Program-made: the position numbers and the translations under genes
Shown: positions 63,454-64,000 of the stretch, in pieces
Layout: every line of letters starts with the position of its first letter
Position numbering within the stretch: the first letter of the stretch is position 1
The notes under the pieces: generated by a model
Told to the model about the DNA's origin: nothing
Databases searched by the model: none
The model's input: only the letters and a program-made list of their open reading frames with translations
Assembly (NCBI RefSeq): GCF_902652985.1
Contig: NC_047024.1
Span: 27,776,001-27,840,000 of the forward strand
Direction: 5' to 3'
DNA: 64,000 nucleotides
Source of the DNA: Pecten maximus
Taxonomy: Eukaryota

Positions 63454-64000
63454 CTGGTCAGGTGAGAACTCTAGACACATGCAAAGATAAATGGGAATTG
63501 CTTACTACTGATAAGTGGATTTTGAGCACCATTTCTGGATATAAAATTGAATTTTGTGCAAAACCGGTTCAGTCTTCATTTCCAAATGAGATATGTTTTT
63601 CAGGAACAGAGGTTACAATTATTGATAAGGAAATTAGTGAACTCCTTAGGAAGGGAGCTATACGGGAAGTTGAACCAGAGCCAGGTCAATTTATATCAAA
63701 TATTTTCATTGTTCCTAAAAAGAATGGGAAATTTAGGCCAGTTATCAATTTACGTGGACTAAATGCTTTTGTAGAATATAAACATTTCAAACAGGAACAT
63801 ATTAAGATTATTCTTGATTTGATTCAAAAGAATGATTTTTTAACATCAATAGACTTGAAGGATGCTTATTTCAGCATTCCCATACATCCAGAGTATCAAA
63901 AATACCTAAGGTTCTCTTGGAAAAAGCAGATTTTTGAGTTTTTGGTTTTACCGTTTGGGTTGTGTTCAGCTCCTAGAGTATTCACAAAGGTGTTGAAACC
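63315..64000 (+). CDS. pol: DIRS reverse transcriptase ORF (partial, -1 frame, no AUG; absent from the ORF track)
   Basis: Hand translation: W..LTTDKWILSTISGYKIEF...LLRKGAI...FISNIFIVPKKNGKFRPVINLRGLN...HFKQE...IDLKDAYFSIPIH...LPFGLCSAPRVFTKVLK. Confidence 0.92.

Larger units (their letters stand above)
61663..64000 (+). mobile_element. DIRS1-like tyrosine-recombinase retrotransposon, left part (runs off the window)
   Basis: DIRS-type gag and RT; left boundary approximate, placed where the 53-bp array ends and a structured segment (CCCTCG-GCTTA-CGAGGG) begins; recombinase not visible. Confidence 0.85.

Noticed and set aside
42425-64000. RAG-like/Transib transposon next to the NWC homologue
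   Set aside because: No RAG1/RAG2-like coding sequence or RSS-like TIRs recognised; the DNA transposase here is MULE-type

Overview
Eukaryotic, AT-rich, repeat-dense genomic DNA. The repeat families and intron style suggest a marine invertebrate, probably a bivalve mollusc (inference). There is one host gene: a spliced minus-strand IFTAP/C11orf74/NWC homologue. It has 6 coding exons (12039-32832, about 299 aa, reconstructed by hand from GT/AG sites with consistent phases) and a probable non-coding first exon near 42331-42410. Its introns hold minisatellites, Helentron/HINE-type satellite-bearing elements, MITEs and a tRNA-derived SINE. Its 5'-UTR intron holds a very recent, intact Ty3/Gypsy LTR retrotransposon (33063-41147) with identical 482-bp LTRs, a tRNA-Lys PBS, a PPT and a -1 frameshift signal. 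The most unusual feature is that this element carries an extra intact 242-aa ORF upstream of gag with SGNH/GDSL-hydrolase motifs. Upstream of IFTAP (43.3-64 kb) is a nested transposon stack. A decayed, intron-containing PHD/FLYWCH/MULE transposase gene is interrupted by a LINE, which is itself interrupted by a Tx1/L1 element and a CR1 element. The Tx1/L1 element contains a non-coding LTR element. A second CR1 fragment and the left end of a DIRS retrotransposon (gag plus an AUG-less RT frame behind a UUUAAAC slippery site) complete the window. All calls are by eye; no database searches were run.
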